Part shown: positions 41,557 through 55,820 of the stretch, piece after piece
Position numbering within the stretch: the first letter of the stretch is position 1
Layout: each line of letters starts with the position of its first letter
Assembly (NCBI GenBank): GCA_964016885.1
Contig: OZ024742.1
Coordinates: forward strand, 52,390,001 to 52,454,000
Reading direction: 5' to 3'
Source: Eledone cirrhosa
Taxonomy: Eukaryota
DNA: 64,000 nucleotides
The notes under the pieces: generated by a model
The model's input: only the letters and a program-made list of their open reading frames with translations
Databases searched by the model: none
Told to the model about the DNA's origin: nothing
Translations under genes and position numbers: made by a program

Positions 41557-41648
41557 TATCCTCTTGATAAGTCGGCAGACCTCGCAAGGACTCTATATCT
41601 TTGATATATTGTTTTTGTTTATGCCACGAAACTACGTAGTCGAGGAAT
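41557..41648 (+). ncRNA. Type I hammerhead, U3-A8 variant, long loop II; predicted cleavage after C41641
   Basis: tcctc-TTGATAA-gt(c)ggca...tgccac-GAAA-ctacgtag-TC-gagga; palindromic ACTACGTAGT stem III, GUC triplet. Confidence 0.8.
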
Positions 41649-42147
41649 TTAGGAACAGTTTAGGTATGATACATTTTATTACTAATTATATCTAAATGTT
41701 TCTTCTCTCTTCATAATGTATTTTTAACTCTGATACTGGTTCAGTCTGGTTCAAACTGAATTGATCTGTCCCAGTCATTCATTGAGCAACATCGGTGAAG
41801 TTGGCACCCTTAACTCACAGTTGGGTGCGGATGCATTCATGTATATATGTGTGTATCCGCATGTATCTGTGTGTTTCTAAATATATTAATAACTCCCTCT
41901 GGTCGAGCAATCTTTGAAGTGTGGGGACAACTGGAAAGCTTCCATTACTCATACTTCTCGCCTTCTTCACTACCTCTTCTACGGCCTCGATATGAATACC
42001 CCCTCCGCCTCCGTGGTATTTTCTTCGTGGTTATAAGAGGCTTAGCTCTGTTTCTCGACCGTTATATCGCGTGACTGTCTCCCCCTCCGCCTTTTGGGAT
42101 TCTTTCTCACGTCGTGTAGACGCGTTCTTGAGACTAGTAAAATGAGG

Positions 42148-42239
42148 TATCCTCTTGATAAGTCGGCAGACCTCGCAAGGACTCTATATCTTTGATATAT
42201 TGTTTTTGTTTATGCCACGAAACTACGTAGTCGAGGAAT
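42148..42239 (+). ncRNA. Type I hammerhead, U3-A8 variant; predicted cleavage after C42232
   Basis: Identical to 41557-41648. Confidence 0.8.
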
Positions 42240-42306
42240 TTAGGAACAGTTTAGGTATGATACATTTTATTACTAATTATATCTAAATGTTTCTTCTCTC
42301 TTCATA

Positions 42307-42359
<53 letters not shown>

Positions 42360-42436
42360 ATGTATGTATATATATATATATATATATGTGTATGTATGTA
42401 ATGTATATATATATATATATAATATATATATGTGTG

Positions 42437-42539
<103 letters not shown>

Positions 42540-43119
42540 ACGGTAAGCATTGATGCAATTCAAGTCAAGCATTCTATGTACCTTTTCCACATAGGAATGA
42601 CAGAGTATATCTAGAATAAGAAAATGTTAAAGTTCTTTATTGATAAGGCTGTGATACATATTTCAATGACAACAGTGGTCACGCGATTCTGCCTAACGAG
42701 TGCCATGAACTCATCAGACAGTTTCTTACATAATAAGGTTACGGTCTCGAGGCAATCCAAATTAGAACGAAAAGGAAACGTACAAAGATGATGATCTTGA
42801 AGCCTTCTCTCGTTCGATATTTCTCCTAAATGAAATGACTATGCAAGTACACTATAGTTTTCAAGATCAACTCTATGCAAACTTCTGATCAAAGATATTC
42901 TGGCCACGACCATACATAATTTTATTTCAGCTTTATTTTATGTAACCCTATATTATACTATGTAGTGTTTCATTACAATCATCCTGTAATTGTATGTAAT
43001 ATGTTCTGCAATTATATCTATAACCACATTATCTAAATGTTACTTTCTTTTCTTAAGAAGGTAGTTGTGGTAAATGCTTGGCCCTAGCTCGTCTCTGATC
43101 AAATATATTCAAGTTATGA

Positions 43120-43470
43120 TCTTCCTGTTCTGCAGTGGTAAACCCCATATCTGTGATACCACATGCTGCGAAACATTCTCTAGCGGCAACCTGGTGCAGT
43201 CTATGACTAACCCAGGCTCAGCTGCACATCGGGCTGAGGAGGGTAAACTCTCTAAATATCGGTCGCTCTCTGACATGTTTGTGGTCGAGCCCGTGTCAAT
43301 GAAGACTTCCGGTGGCCATGGCCCTAGAGCCACCTACCTACTTACCACCATAGGCACAGAGTTGGCTACCCGCATGTGTGAGCCTTGTGAGCTGGAATGG
43401 TTCCTCCAGTGCGTCTCCCTCGTCATCCTCCGGGGAAACTTCTTCTTCATTCCGTCCACCGGGTCCGCAG
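43120..43470 (+). mobile_element. CRE-like non-LTR retrotransposon C-terminal (restriction-like endonuclease region) fragment
   Basis: GKPHICDTTCCETF...PGSAAHRAEEGKLSKYRSL...PVSMKTSGGHGPRA...EPCELEWFLQCVSLVILRGN. Confidence 0.75.
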
Positions 43471-44292
43471 GGTGGCCAGTGCATGGGCCCCAATTTGCTC
43501 ATAATAGTGAGAGATGGGTAGAGCGGAGAGGCTCAAGCAGTAACTGTGGAAGCATGGTTCTTTTGAGTTCAGACCTTATGTATATGTATATGTTTAACGG
43601 ACACACACTCATGTATGGATTGTCATTTTTGTCCTTACCTTTTAACATGTATTAGTTCTCTCAGTAGCGTATTACATCGAATAATATTTCAATCGTATTA
43701 TATCTAAACAAAACAACTCTAGTTATAACACTCTCTCACTCCATCCGGACCCGTATCATTTGGGTAAAGATGTTGAGCTGTAATGTTGTTGAAAGAGTGA
43801 CACTGATCTCCAGATCTAGGTATAACTATGTACTAAAACCTAGAACATTTTCGGAAATAGATAAATAAAATAGTATATCATATCTCTTCTATAATTTATA
43901 TAATTAGTTACGTTGTAGATGTTTTCGATGGCAGGGAGAATGTTAAATTATTGCTACATCATTTAGTAGAGGATCAGATCGATTGTATTGAAGTATTAAA
44001 CTTCCATAACAATTATATTCTAGTACAGGAATAGTTTAGAAATGTATTGAGTTGTATTAAATTAGTACCAAACTAAAGGTGATTTAAAAAAAAAATTCAA
44101 GCGAATATTAAATGCTTTTGTTGCTATAGACAACGATATCGGAAAACTAGAATTGACACATTGATCTATATATTTTAATAACACTATCCCATATATTTTT
44201 GTATCTTTATGCATATTTGTATCTATTGATTTATCTATCTATCTATCTATCTATCTAACTTTGTCTCTGTCTCCCTCATTATATATATAAGA

Positions 44293-44335
<43 letters not shown>

Positions 44336-44469
44336 GTGTGGGGGGGGTGTATGTGTGTGCGTGTGTTGTATGTATGGGTGTGTGTAACTGGAGTTGCATA
44401 TTGAATCAAATACATGTTCATGTAAATAAACAGTTCTATACCTTTGCTATGAATTTTAGAAGTGGTATG

Positions 44470-44534
<65 letters not shown>

Positions 44535-44549
44535 GAAACTAGTAGATGC

Positions 44550-44586
<37 letters not shown>

Positions 44587-44715
44587 GAGATGGAGAGATG
44601 TATAATTGCATATATATACAAAATATACGTAATGTATATATATATTTCTATGTATATATATGCACATACATATATATAAACAATGAGTTATATGCTTTGT
44701 TGATGAATATAATAA

Positions 44716-44811
<96 letters not shown>

Positions 44812-44926
44812 TATAGTAATAATGATAAAAGTGAAGACTAAAATCCAACGAGGGCTCGATAGGGATAAATATATATCAAATATATAAGAACCATGGAGTA
44901 AATATTTATTAAAATAACAGATTAAA

Positions 44927-44985
<59 letters not shown>

Positions 44986-46047
44986 AATTAATATATCTAC
45001 CGACATATGTATACAGATGCATACCTATGCCAGCAAATATATATGTTTTGTCTTAGTAACTTTGTGGTTCCATGCAGGGGGATGCAGAACAATTATATGA
45101 AAGACGTAAATAAGAAAGTTATGAAAATTGACTTACTTACTAAAATTTCACTCCAACTAATTAGTTTCTGTAAGGGGATAAATATAGTTACGTAATAACC
45201 ATAGAGAAGCCTTACGTCATCAGGAAGTCTATTCTCAGCTAAGCTTCCAGGCAATGCGGGGACACTGGGAACTTATATAAAAATAATTCAGTGGATGGAA
45301 AAAAGCGAGCGGGGCTAGATTCCAAGACATTGAAAAATTCACTGCCTTCTTGGTCAAGTGGCAAATTCAAAAGAATCAATCACGTGACACTGAGGTTAAC
45401 CAGCTTGGAGTGGGGGTGCTATTAAGACAGAGCCTAGCCACTACTATCAGTCATAGTAGTAATTTCAGCAAATTTTGCTCAACAAATAATTTGGAGATAA
45501 TTATAAAAAATTAATATATCTACTGACATATGTATACAGATACATACCTATGCCAGCAAATATATATGTTTTGTCTTAGTAACTTTGTGGTTCCATGCAG
45601 GGGGATGCAGAACAATTATATGAAAGACGTAAATAATAATTCTTTATAATTATCTCCAAATTATTTGTTGAGCAAAATTTGCCGAAATTAGTACTATGAC
45701 TGATAGTAGTGGCTAGGCTCTGTCTTAATAGCACCCCCACTCCAAGCTGGTTAACCTCAGTGTCACGTGATTGATTCTTTTGAATTTGCCACTTGACCAA
45801 GAAAGCAGTGAATTTTTCAATGTCTTGGAATCTAGCCCCGCTCGCTTTTTTCCATCCACTGAATTATTTTTATATAAGTTCCCAGTGTCCCCGCATTGCC
45901 TGGAAGCTTAGCTGAGAATAGACTCCCTGATAACGTAAGGCTTCTCTATGGTTATTACGTAACTATATTTATCCCCTTACAGAAACTAATTAGTTGGAGT
46001 GAAATTTTAGTAAGTAAGTCAATTTTCATAACTTTCTTATTTACGTC

Positions 46048-46052
<5 letters not shown>
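44986..46052. repeat. ~523-bp unit with partial tandem copy (45509-45635), followed by an inverted copy (45638-46052); pLTR-like
   Basis: aattaatatatctac at 44986 and 45509; 45638-46052 is the reverse complement of ~45097-45512; contains a degenerate CTGATGA-cgtaa..ttacg motif. Confidence 0.85.
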
Positions 46053-46097
<45 letters not shown>

Positions 46098-48529
46098 TAT
46101 AGAGAGAGAGTATGCGGTGCTGAGACCGGGGAGAACACTAATCATGGGAGTACTCACTTAATGCATCGTGTGGTGCGCAGTATGTATATAGATGAATAAA
46201 TAACAACCGCAGTGCCAAAAGGTTTCGGCTCGACGCGGCGATCGGGATGTTGCATATCTCTCTCTCTCACTCTTTAAATATATATCTATATGTGTGTATG
46301 TGTGTGTGTGTGTGCGCGCATGTGTGTGTGCGTATGTGCGTGTGTGGGGGGGGGGTGGGGGGGGGGGTGAAATATCGGTAAATAAGGAAAAGGTAAAAGA
46401 AAGCAGTGCACGATCAGGAGCTTTCTTACAAAGTCGGTGGATTATCTACCAGAGTACATTATTTTCTGATCTAAATTTGGATTTCAGCTTAACCTTGAAG
46501 TTCTCCCATTCCTTAACTTTGAACGGCTTTACTCTCTCTACAATCTTTGTAAGTCTCCTTCTTTGCTGCGAAAGCAGGTTGGTGTGGTATCGGAAGACAT
46601 ATTATTTATTTATGTTCATATACAAAAGTGCTACCTAAAGTTCCAAGGGCCAGTTATCTTCCCAGTTTGTGCATGGTGGTGCCGAATGCGTGGAAGAGTG
46701 ATCATTCCGGTGCCTGATGACTAAGTCATGAATTTGATCACTGCTCCATGCATTTTACACCACTGTGCACAATCTGAGAGATTACCATAACTGGTCCTTA
46801 ATATCTAGAGTTTTTTTTGTTCTCTATATGAAAATAAATAATATTACATTATATTATATAATGTATATAATATATATATGTGTATATATATGTGTGTATA
46901 TATATATATGTGTGTGTATGTGTGTGTTTGTGTATGTGTGTGTTTGTGTATGTGTGTGTTCGCGTGTGTGTGTTTGTGTGTATGTGTGTGTATATATATA
47001 TATATAGAGAGAGAGAGTGATGCATATATATATATGAGATAGATTGATTGGTAGTTAGACGAATAAAATTATGTCGGTGAGCTATTTAGATGTGCATATG
47101 TGAGTTTGTGTGTATGGCCTTGTGGGTGGGTGTTTTTCTGTTTCTTTGTGTGTGTGGCTTCAATTCATATGAATTATTAGCTAGATCGTTTATGAATGCA
47201 TTTCGAATAAACATTGACAGTTATATAGCGCCATGGATGTAAGGTAGTGATTGAGAGGTAGGCTGTTGATGTTATGAAATAAAATTGAGAGACATACTGC
47301 GCTAGAAAAAATAACATATATAACACCTTCACAAATGTCATACTATCTAAAATAGTTTTCCAAAGCTATGGCAGAAAACAAAATCAGAAGCAATAAATAA
47401 CATAATATAAAAACATGTGACTAGAAAATGAGAGAGAAATTTAGTTTTTAAAGAATGTGCAAGAAAAATGTATTTTAAAAATATATGAAAATTACCCCAA
47501 AAAGCATATGTTTTAATAAAATAAAAACATATGAAGGACGTTTGTTGACTGAATTATTGTGCGACTAAATTGTGAATAATGTACATTTACTATATATTTA
47601 GTTTTTTCTTTATGTTTATGAAAAATATTTTGATTTTATGTTTCTCCTAAATTGTAATTCAGTCTTATTGTGAAGATTACTTTATTTATATAACAGAAAA
47701 ATATTGATTTCTCTTTACCCATGAACGAACCCAGAATTATTTCGTAGCGAAAGTAAAATTTGAGTGGTGACGTGCCTGTCTCTTCTTTGAAAGATTCTTA
47801 ATATCAGTGAATGTAAATTACAAAAATGGAGATTCAAATCCGAGTTATGGAACAACACTATTTACATTGCTTCGGTTATTGTTATTGTTGTTGTATTTGT
47901 TGTTGTTATCGGTTGTGTTGTTGATGTTATTGTTGAATTTCTGGCTATTGTTGCTATTGTTGTTATTGTTGTTGATGTGTTTCTTGTAACTATAATCAGA
48001 AATGTTCCGGCCATGAACAAGCATAGTCTACATTCGATCACCTTATCCAACGAAGGCTTTTTTTTTTCTTTTTTGTAAAAGAATCAGAAAAATGGCTTTA
48101 GGGATTTTACTGCTACCGTCAGCAGATCCGACAACGACTTAAACTATATGTGTTACATGAGCGAGCTTTGACACATTTTTTAGATGTAGATGGATCGCGT
48201 AGAAGCTGCAGAATTGGTCACATTGTTTCGTACCGTGTGTTAGTGTCATAGTATAGTAAGAACAAGGTTTATACATACCTGATTTAAAAAAAAGACAATT
48301 GTTAAGAGAAAATTGATTTACTTATCTTAATTATAAATTGGTCAAACAAGCAGAAAAAGAAAGTATGATTGGAAAGGACTATAAATGTCATAAATAAGAG
48401 TAAAAGGGTGGCAAGAGAAAAGACCTATTAGACAAAATAAGAAAGAAGAGGAGAAGGTGACAGATTCTACACCTAGATCAGAGCGGTGTTTCGGCTGCGC
48501 CCCACGGACAAAATAACAAAAACATTTCC

Positions 48530-49245
48530 ACAGACAATGACCAGCGAGACCAGCTGCAACTGGCACCCCACATCGTGGGGCCCCTATCTCAGATGGGCTG
48601 CTACTAATCCTATTTTACGGAGAAGATCAGATGCCATGTGTATGCTGGATGTTCCGTATGAGAGTTGAACAATAGGGAATAGTGAAGGGCCTTGTCTTAG
48701 TCACGTCTCTCGATTGAACGCATTTCTCATGTCCAGCTCCACTAGGAGATGGGGTGATAAAGGAGGAGTGATCTCTATAAAGTGTCAGCCCGCCTTACGA
48801 CCCCATTTGACTCTCACTCAAAGCTGGACAGAGTTTAGCGCATCGCTCAGGCGATCTTTGATTGACTTACAAGCTATCTTGCCTGCAAATAGTTGGTAGA
48901 CGTTGCCCACTACGATCGGACGGACGTCTCCGTCATTCTTTCTCAGAACGGTCAGACTGGCTGAGTAGAAAAGATCGCGGGCATGGAATGGCAGGTTCGC
49001 GAGGAAAAGACAGTTGGTGAGAGCTGGGATCGATTAGAGCACGCATGCTCTTGCCTCAGAAGCGTGTGGCGATCTAAGGTGTCTGAGGTGGTTGGGTCGC
49101 GGACCGTCCATGCCACTACCCCTGCTACTTGGGAAGGATCTCGGCGCAGCTAATACGTCTTCACTTGACGCGGTAAAGGAAAGGCTACTTGTCGGGAATT
49201 CGATTTCCCTGATGACGGCTTGGGTCCGAGTGTAAAAGTTCAAAT
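48530..49245 (-). mobile_element. CRE-like non-LTR retrotransposon RT fragment (decayed)
   Basis: SFPSSRGSGMDGPRPNHLRHL; LFYSASLTVLRKNDGDVRPIVVGNV; QMGS..; LDMRNAFN. Confidence 0.75.
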
Positions 49246-52200
49246 TCTATTACCTGGTTACATCTCTGCACGTTTCAATGGGGATTGCATGTGTAAAATG
49301 TTTCTTTTATGTTTTATATGATTTTTTTTGTTTCATATGCTAGTTTATACTCTTCATTTCACGTGAAGTCAGTTGAGTACCAGCATCAGTTGAGGTTTAT
49401 CCCTGTGATGGACATGCTTCGTGCGCAGAAGTTTGGGGAATGATTGTACTCTCATTCGCTTAAACTTCAAAGAAACCGCAATAAGATCTGGCTTCTTCAT
49501 CATCAGCTCCTTCATCATTATCCTAATCTTCATCATCACTATCATTATTCCTATCATCATCATCATCATCACCACTGCCACCATCAATGTGATGGAGGCA
49601 CTACGTCAGTTACGACGATGAGTGTTCAAGTTGATCCGATCACCGAACAGCCTACACGTGAAATTAATGTGACTGAGCATTCCACAGGCACTCATACCCT
49701 TTAGGTAGTTCTCAGAGAGATTCAGTGTGACACAGCGTGTGAAAAGGCTAGCCCTTCGAACTACAGAGACAACTCATCAATGTGATGACTGTCACAGATA
49801 CTGCCATAAAAGTGAAGTTCACAAACCACCATGGAGGAGAGTGCGAGGGTATTTCGATTATTTCCAAAGAAATTAATTTATCAGGAGGAGCAGAGAGTGG
49901 TTTCCACATAAGCCTTACTGGAACTGTATATGAAAACATACGATTTATTTTTTTATATAATATACATACAAGAGCCTCACTATAAGCTGTAGTCACGGCA
50001 TATATACTGCTAATAAACATACATGTCTAAGGATTCAATAAATCTGTTCGTGTCTTTCTGTGGCGGCATGGTAGCACCACTGCCTACCAGAACCCATGGA
50101 AGAAAGCATAGCTATACTGTCTCAATAATGTTAATCTCTGTACAAATATTTACATCACATAACGCAACGATAGCCTCCCCTGAATATTGTTTTACTGGCA
50201 ATGTGTGCGAACATTCACAGAACTGACATGAAAGAGAAATAGCTCATATAACATCGGGAAACTCGATTTTTCTTTCTTTTGTCACTTTAATTAATCTAAT
50301 TAGTTGGATTTATTAGATTAATCAGAGTGAATGGAATTATCATTAAATAGAAAATGTAAGTCATAATTCAGCCGTTAAATCGCTCATCTGAGACGTTTTG
50401 ACTGCTGTACCTCCATCAATTCCTTATCAATCAGTGTATATTGCCGCCAGGAGAATACTAGTGGCAAATCGATCTGGTTAAACAGTTAAATCTAGTTGTC
50501 AGTGATTCGGTGATCTAAAGATTGCTTCATTATTATCACAATCAATATTGTACTCATAATTTGCATCATCATCAGCATTATCATCAGTACTATCATCATC
50601 AACACCACCAACACCATCATCTTCATCATCATCAGCATCATGAACAATATCGTGGTCATACCATATAGTCATACATTTTAATTGTTCTCCTCATACAAAT
50701 GTTGAATTCTCACTAGAAGCAGAGGTATAAGTGTAATAAATGTTATGAGAAGCCAGCCTGAACGGGAGTCTTATAGTACAAGAATAGCTAAATAAATATC
50801 TATCTATCCGTTGATATAGTACAAGTAGTACACCTTGCCATCATATGAAGTGAAGATATGTACAGAAATTCCGGCGATACAGGTTGCGGCGACAGCGTAG
50901 ATAACCAAGAAATGATGTTAACGATGACGACGGTGAGGAGGGTGTCAGTGGCAATGACGATGATGACGACTACGACGACGGGTTTGATGATGATGATGAC
51001 GTTGAGGATGTAGGCGATGTCCTGATATAACCAAAGTGTTATGTTTCTTGACAAAGCAATAATGGCAGAAATATCTTAAATATCCAATACTGTTTGTATT
51101 TGTAGTTTAATGCTTGGCAACAATTTTTATACATCAGTGCAACTGTTGCTATATTTGATAGTCGTAAGGATAAACCTGCTTCCATTTGAGAGACAAGAGA
51201 AGAATATTGATTTCAATGTATATATCCGCAAATTTTAGATGGATCAATGACGAAATAATTCCAGCTGACAGGAAAAGGAGTATTGGAAGTTTGTTATTGT
51301 CTCAACATGGCAGTCTCCGTTATTCCAAAAAATCTTAAGATGTGAGGACAGTGACAAAAGAAAATGGAGACAACACTGATCTGAACAAGAAACAAAAGTC
51401 GTATCTTGCATTTCTTTTTCCTCAACTTAATTCAGGATGATTAATTAAAGATAGGAATCGTAGCAGGAAGAATTTAACTTCTACAAGCAATACTAAATCT
51501 AGTAGTTGCATGTAGATTTAATCCGTCGCCTAGTATAACACCGCTTCGTTTAACAGCGGCGCAATCTCACCAGCGGAGATCACACTCTCCTGTGCATTCG
51601 AGCGTATCCTGTTTGCAGATACCTCACTTCTTCTCGGTCCTCATTCGGGGTTGTCCTGAAAATGTTCGATAGTTGCTGCCCTTCCTTTCCTGATTGAATC
51701 GTAAAAAAAAGCACAGATCACATTTTCCTTAACAAGTATTTCTATTTGTGGGAAGAAAAAAAGATTGTATGACTGGTATTTTTATCGGCGTCGGAAAAGT
51801 GAAAGGGATAGTTGAAACACGGCATGATTTGAACTTCGAATGTAAAGAGCCATAATAAACACAAAACATGTCGTCTGACGGCTAACATTTCAGCAAATTC
51901 GCTGCATTTTTCTTTCAACAAATTTTACATATTGTATAATGGAAACTTCTTTTTTTTTTAAATATAGTGATGATACTTTTTATACCAATGCACCTGTGGT
52001 CACCTGTGCTATTTTATATCAACAATGAAGAATCGTTTTTAAATTGTAGACAGCTGAAATTAAAACATTCCTTGGTGATTTTAGAGCAAAATATAAAACA
52101 AAACTTGTTATGTTCTCGACACCGGCTTAATGCAGAAACGAATGTTGCTACACTATATAATATAGGCGTCGATAGAGAACGTCGGGTAAAATGCTTTGCG

Positions 52201-53212
52201 GAATACGTTCCGTCTCTCTACGTTCATAACCCGCCGAGATCAAATACTCCTTTATTTTTTTAGGGTCGATAATAAAATACCAGTCCAGTACTGTATTCGA
52301 TTCTTTCCCTATGTCTCTTTTTTATTAATTTTCTATCACTCTCCCTCTCTGTCTCTCTCCCTCTAGGGAAAATCAGCTGGGTTCAGATCTAGAGAAAGTC
52401 TGGGCTCCGGCAGGTTTATGATGTCCAAGAAACGCCGTATGTTACTACGACGCTCACTATAATTCCATCAGAAGTTAAGAGTCTACACAAACATACATAT
52501 ATACAAACATACATACATACATATGGACATGCATGCATACATACAAGATGGTTGCAAACTTTGCCAAAAGAACTGCAATTGCTTGTCAGATTATAGAATT
52601 TGGTGCACTTTTAGGCTACGGCCAGTCACACAAACCTGTAACATATGCTTAACAAGCAATGCTTGCGCTTTAAAGGTTGTTTTAAGTGGGGAAAGGCTTT
52701 GCACTCGACAAATCCCACTCTCTGAGCATGGAAAATACTACGCGAAAAAGAGAACTGGTCAACATCATCGTAGGCTTCTGAGGCCGCAGGTTTTTTTCAG
52801 AGTTTCCCTCTCTGAGAAATGTGTTGTGACAACAACTGGGGGCCTTTCACTCCGAGGTGGAAAAAAATATACTATTTCGATGGCCATTGACTCTGCTGAG
52901 TTCCTCCACTCTTTGCCAGGTCTTGTATTTCATCCGCAGGGTACCAAATATCACCCTCCTCACCAAGCAAGCTTAGTGGGGTTGCATACATATACAAATA
53001 CATACATACATACTATCCAGGCACCGGGCATGATGGAAGCATATCTGAACTGGTGGTTCCAAATTTATAGTGATTAGTTCAGCTCTTTACATTCTAAAAT
53101 CGTCAGAACACTTCGATATGCTATAATCATATACATAGATTGTAGCACATATCCAAATAAGTGTGTGTTTTGGTAGTTTGGGGAGAAAAACATTATTATG
53201 GGGGGGGGGATC

Positions 53213-53243
<31 letters not shown>

Positions 53244-53274
53244 TATATACATACAAATATATATATATACATAC

Positions 53275-53312
<38 letters not shown>

Positions 53313-53316
53313 ATAC

Positions 53317-53383
<67 letters not shown>

Positions 53384-53403
53384 CACATATATATATATAC
53401 ACA

Positions 53404-53439
<36 letters not shown>

Positions 53440-53725
53440 CATACATATATATATACATATATATACATATATATACATATATATATATATACATACATAC
53501 ATATATATATACATACATATATATATATATATATGTATATATATACATACATATATATATATACATATATATATATACATATATATATATACATACATAT
53601 ATATATATACACATATATATATACATACATATATATATATATACACATATATATATACATACATATATATATATACATATATATATATATACATATATAT
53701 ATATACATATATATATATATACATA

Positions 53726-53785
<60 letters not shown>

Positions 53786-53801
53786 GATATATATACATAC
53801 A

Positions 53802-53847
<46 letters not shown>

Positions 53848-53868
53848 GATATATATACATAGATATAT

Positions 53869-53940
<72 letters not shown>
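53213..53940. repeat. (TA)n/(TACA) satellite
   Basis: Direct reading. Confidence 0.95.
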
Positions 53941-53945
<5 letters not shown>

Positions 53946-54630
53946 ACGAAACTACGTAGTCGAGGAATTTAGGAGCAGTTTAGGTATGATACATTTTATT
54001 ACTAATTATATCTAAATGTTTCTTCTCTCTTCATAATGTATTTTTAACTCTGATACTGGTTCAGTCTGGTTCAAACTGAATTGGTCTGTCCCAGTCATTC
54101 ATTGAGCAACATCGGTGAAGTTGGCACCCTTAACTCACAGTTGGGTGCGGATGCATTCATGTATATATGTGTGTGTCCGCATGTATCTGTGTGTTTCTAA
54201 ATATATTAATAACTCCCTCTGGTCGAGCAATCTTTGAAGTGTGGGGACAACTGGAAAGCTTCCATTACTCATACTTCTCGCCTTCTTCACTACCTCTTCT
54301 GCGGCCTCGATATGAATACCCCCTCCGCCTCCGTGGTATTTTCTTCGTGGTTATAGGAGGCTTAGCTCTGTTTCTCGACCGTTATATCGCGTGACTATCT
54401 CCCCCTCCGCCTTTTGGGATTCTTTCTCACGTCGTGTAGACGCGTTCTTGAGACTAGTAAAATGAGGTATCCTCTTGATAAGTTGGCAGACCTCGCAAGG
54501 ACTCTATATCTTTGATATATTGTTTTTGTTTATGCCACGAAACTACGTAGTCGAGGAATTTAGGAGCAGTTTAGGTATGATACATTTTATTACTAATTAT
54601 ATCTAAATGTTTCTTCTCTCTTCATAATGT
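53941..54630 (+). mobile_element. Second locus of the 591-bp retrozyme-like element (1.17 units)
   Basis: GTC sites at 53961 and 54552 (591 apart); same 3' end (ctctcttcataatg|tata) as 42309; embedded in (TA)n. Confidence 0.85.
54468..54559 (+). ncRNA. Type I hammerhead, U3-A8 variant; predicted cleavage after C54552
   Basis: tcctc-TTGATAA-gt(t)ggca...tgccac-GAAA-ctacgtag-TC-gagga; differs from 41557 only at the bulged base. Confidence 0.8.
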
Positions 54631-54686
54631 ATATATATATATATATATATATTGGAAAATGTGTGTAATCCTTGGTACAGTTAGGT

Positions 54687-55469
54687 ATATTAAGACAGGG
54701 GGGAAGAAAAAATGGCTTCACTTGTGCTTTCAACGAATTTATTTTCTTCACAAAATCCAAAAAGAATTTTTTTCGGGATTAGAAAAATTATTTTTTTCTT
54801 AAAAAAAATTATTTTATAAATTAAGTTGTTGGTTGTTGGTTAGGTCTTAGGAGTTCTTGGTTAACGTAGGAGGTATTGTTTCGTTTTTAGAACGACCTTT
54901 CACGCTGAGGTGCGCTTGTCAAACTGATGTGTATGTGGTGTGTTGTTCTATATATAGGGATTTAACATGTCTGTGGTGTGGTGGGGGTTTCTTTTCTCCC
55001 CCTTTAATAAGTGCATGGGTGTAGCTGTGTTGAAAAAGTGTTAATAGCAGTAATGAGTTGAGACGGTGAGTAGGGTTGGGTGGGGAGAAATGTAGCAAGT
55101 GCGGCCTGCCCCGGTCATTCTCGAAAAATTCCTTTATTCAAGGGAAAAAGCTTTTAGTATTTCTTTTGTGTTGAGAATGGTCACAGGCAAATCGCACCTG
55201 TCAAGTTTGTAAATAATTATTTTTTTCTTTTTTTCTGAAGATATTTTCTACGTCCATCCCAAAATTAGTCCTTTGTTCAACACACACATATGTGCGTATA
55301 TACGTACATACACACACGGGCATATGTAGGAATATATAGGCACACACCATCAATCACACACCCATGTACAAATACATCCACATACATACACAAAAACATA
55401 TAGAGACACATATAAAAACACACATACACATACGTACACACACGAATATGTACTCATACCTCCACATGG

Positions 55470-55508
<39 letters not shown>

Positions 55509-55559
55509 CATACATATACATATACACACACATACACACACACATATATATATACACAC

Positions 55560-55594
<35 letters not shown>

Positions 55595-55789
55595 CATACA
55601 TATACATACATACACATACATACATATACACACATAAAGATACATAACTAAATATACATATATACACATACACGCACACATAAACACACACACACACACG
55701 CACGTGTATACACACACAGACACACACACATATACATATGTCCGTATATATACCTCCGTTCACACATACATGCATACACACACACACAT

Positions 55790-55820
<31 letters not shown>

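Larger units (their letters stand above)
41054..42309 (+). mobile_element. Retrozyme-like tandem array: 2.1 copies of a 591-bp non-coding unit with one hammerhead per unit
   Basis: gaatttaggaacag at 41054, 41645 and 42236 (period 591); copies near-identical; ends in (TA)n. Confidence 0.85.

Noticed and set aside
41054-42309. Regularly spaced repeats as a CRISPR array
   Set aside because: Whole 591-bp units are identical, there are no unique spacers or cas genes, and the context is eukaryotic.
49369-51054. His/Met/Ile/Asp-rich ORFs
   Set aside because: These come from (CAT)n/(GAT)n trinucleotide repeats; no splice or domain support.
52523-53077. 184-aa Cys-containing ORF
   Set aside because: No recognisable motifs, bounded by (CATA)n repeats; probably a chance ORF or decayed repeat.
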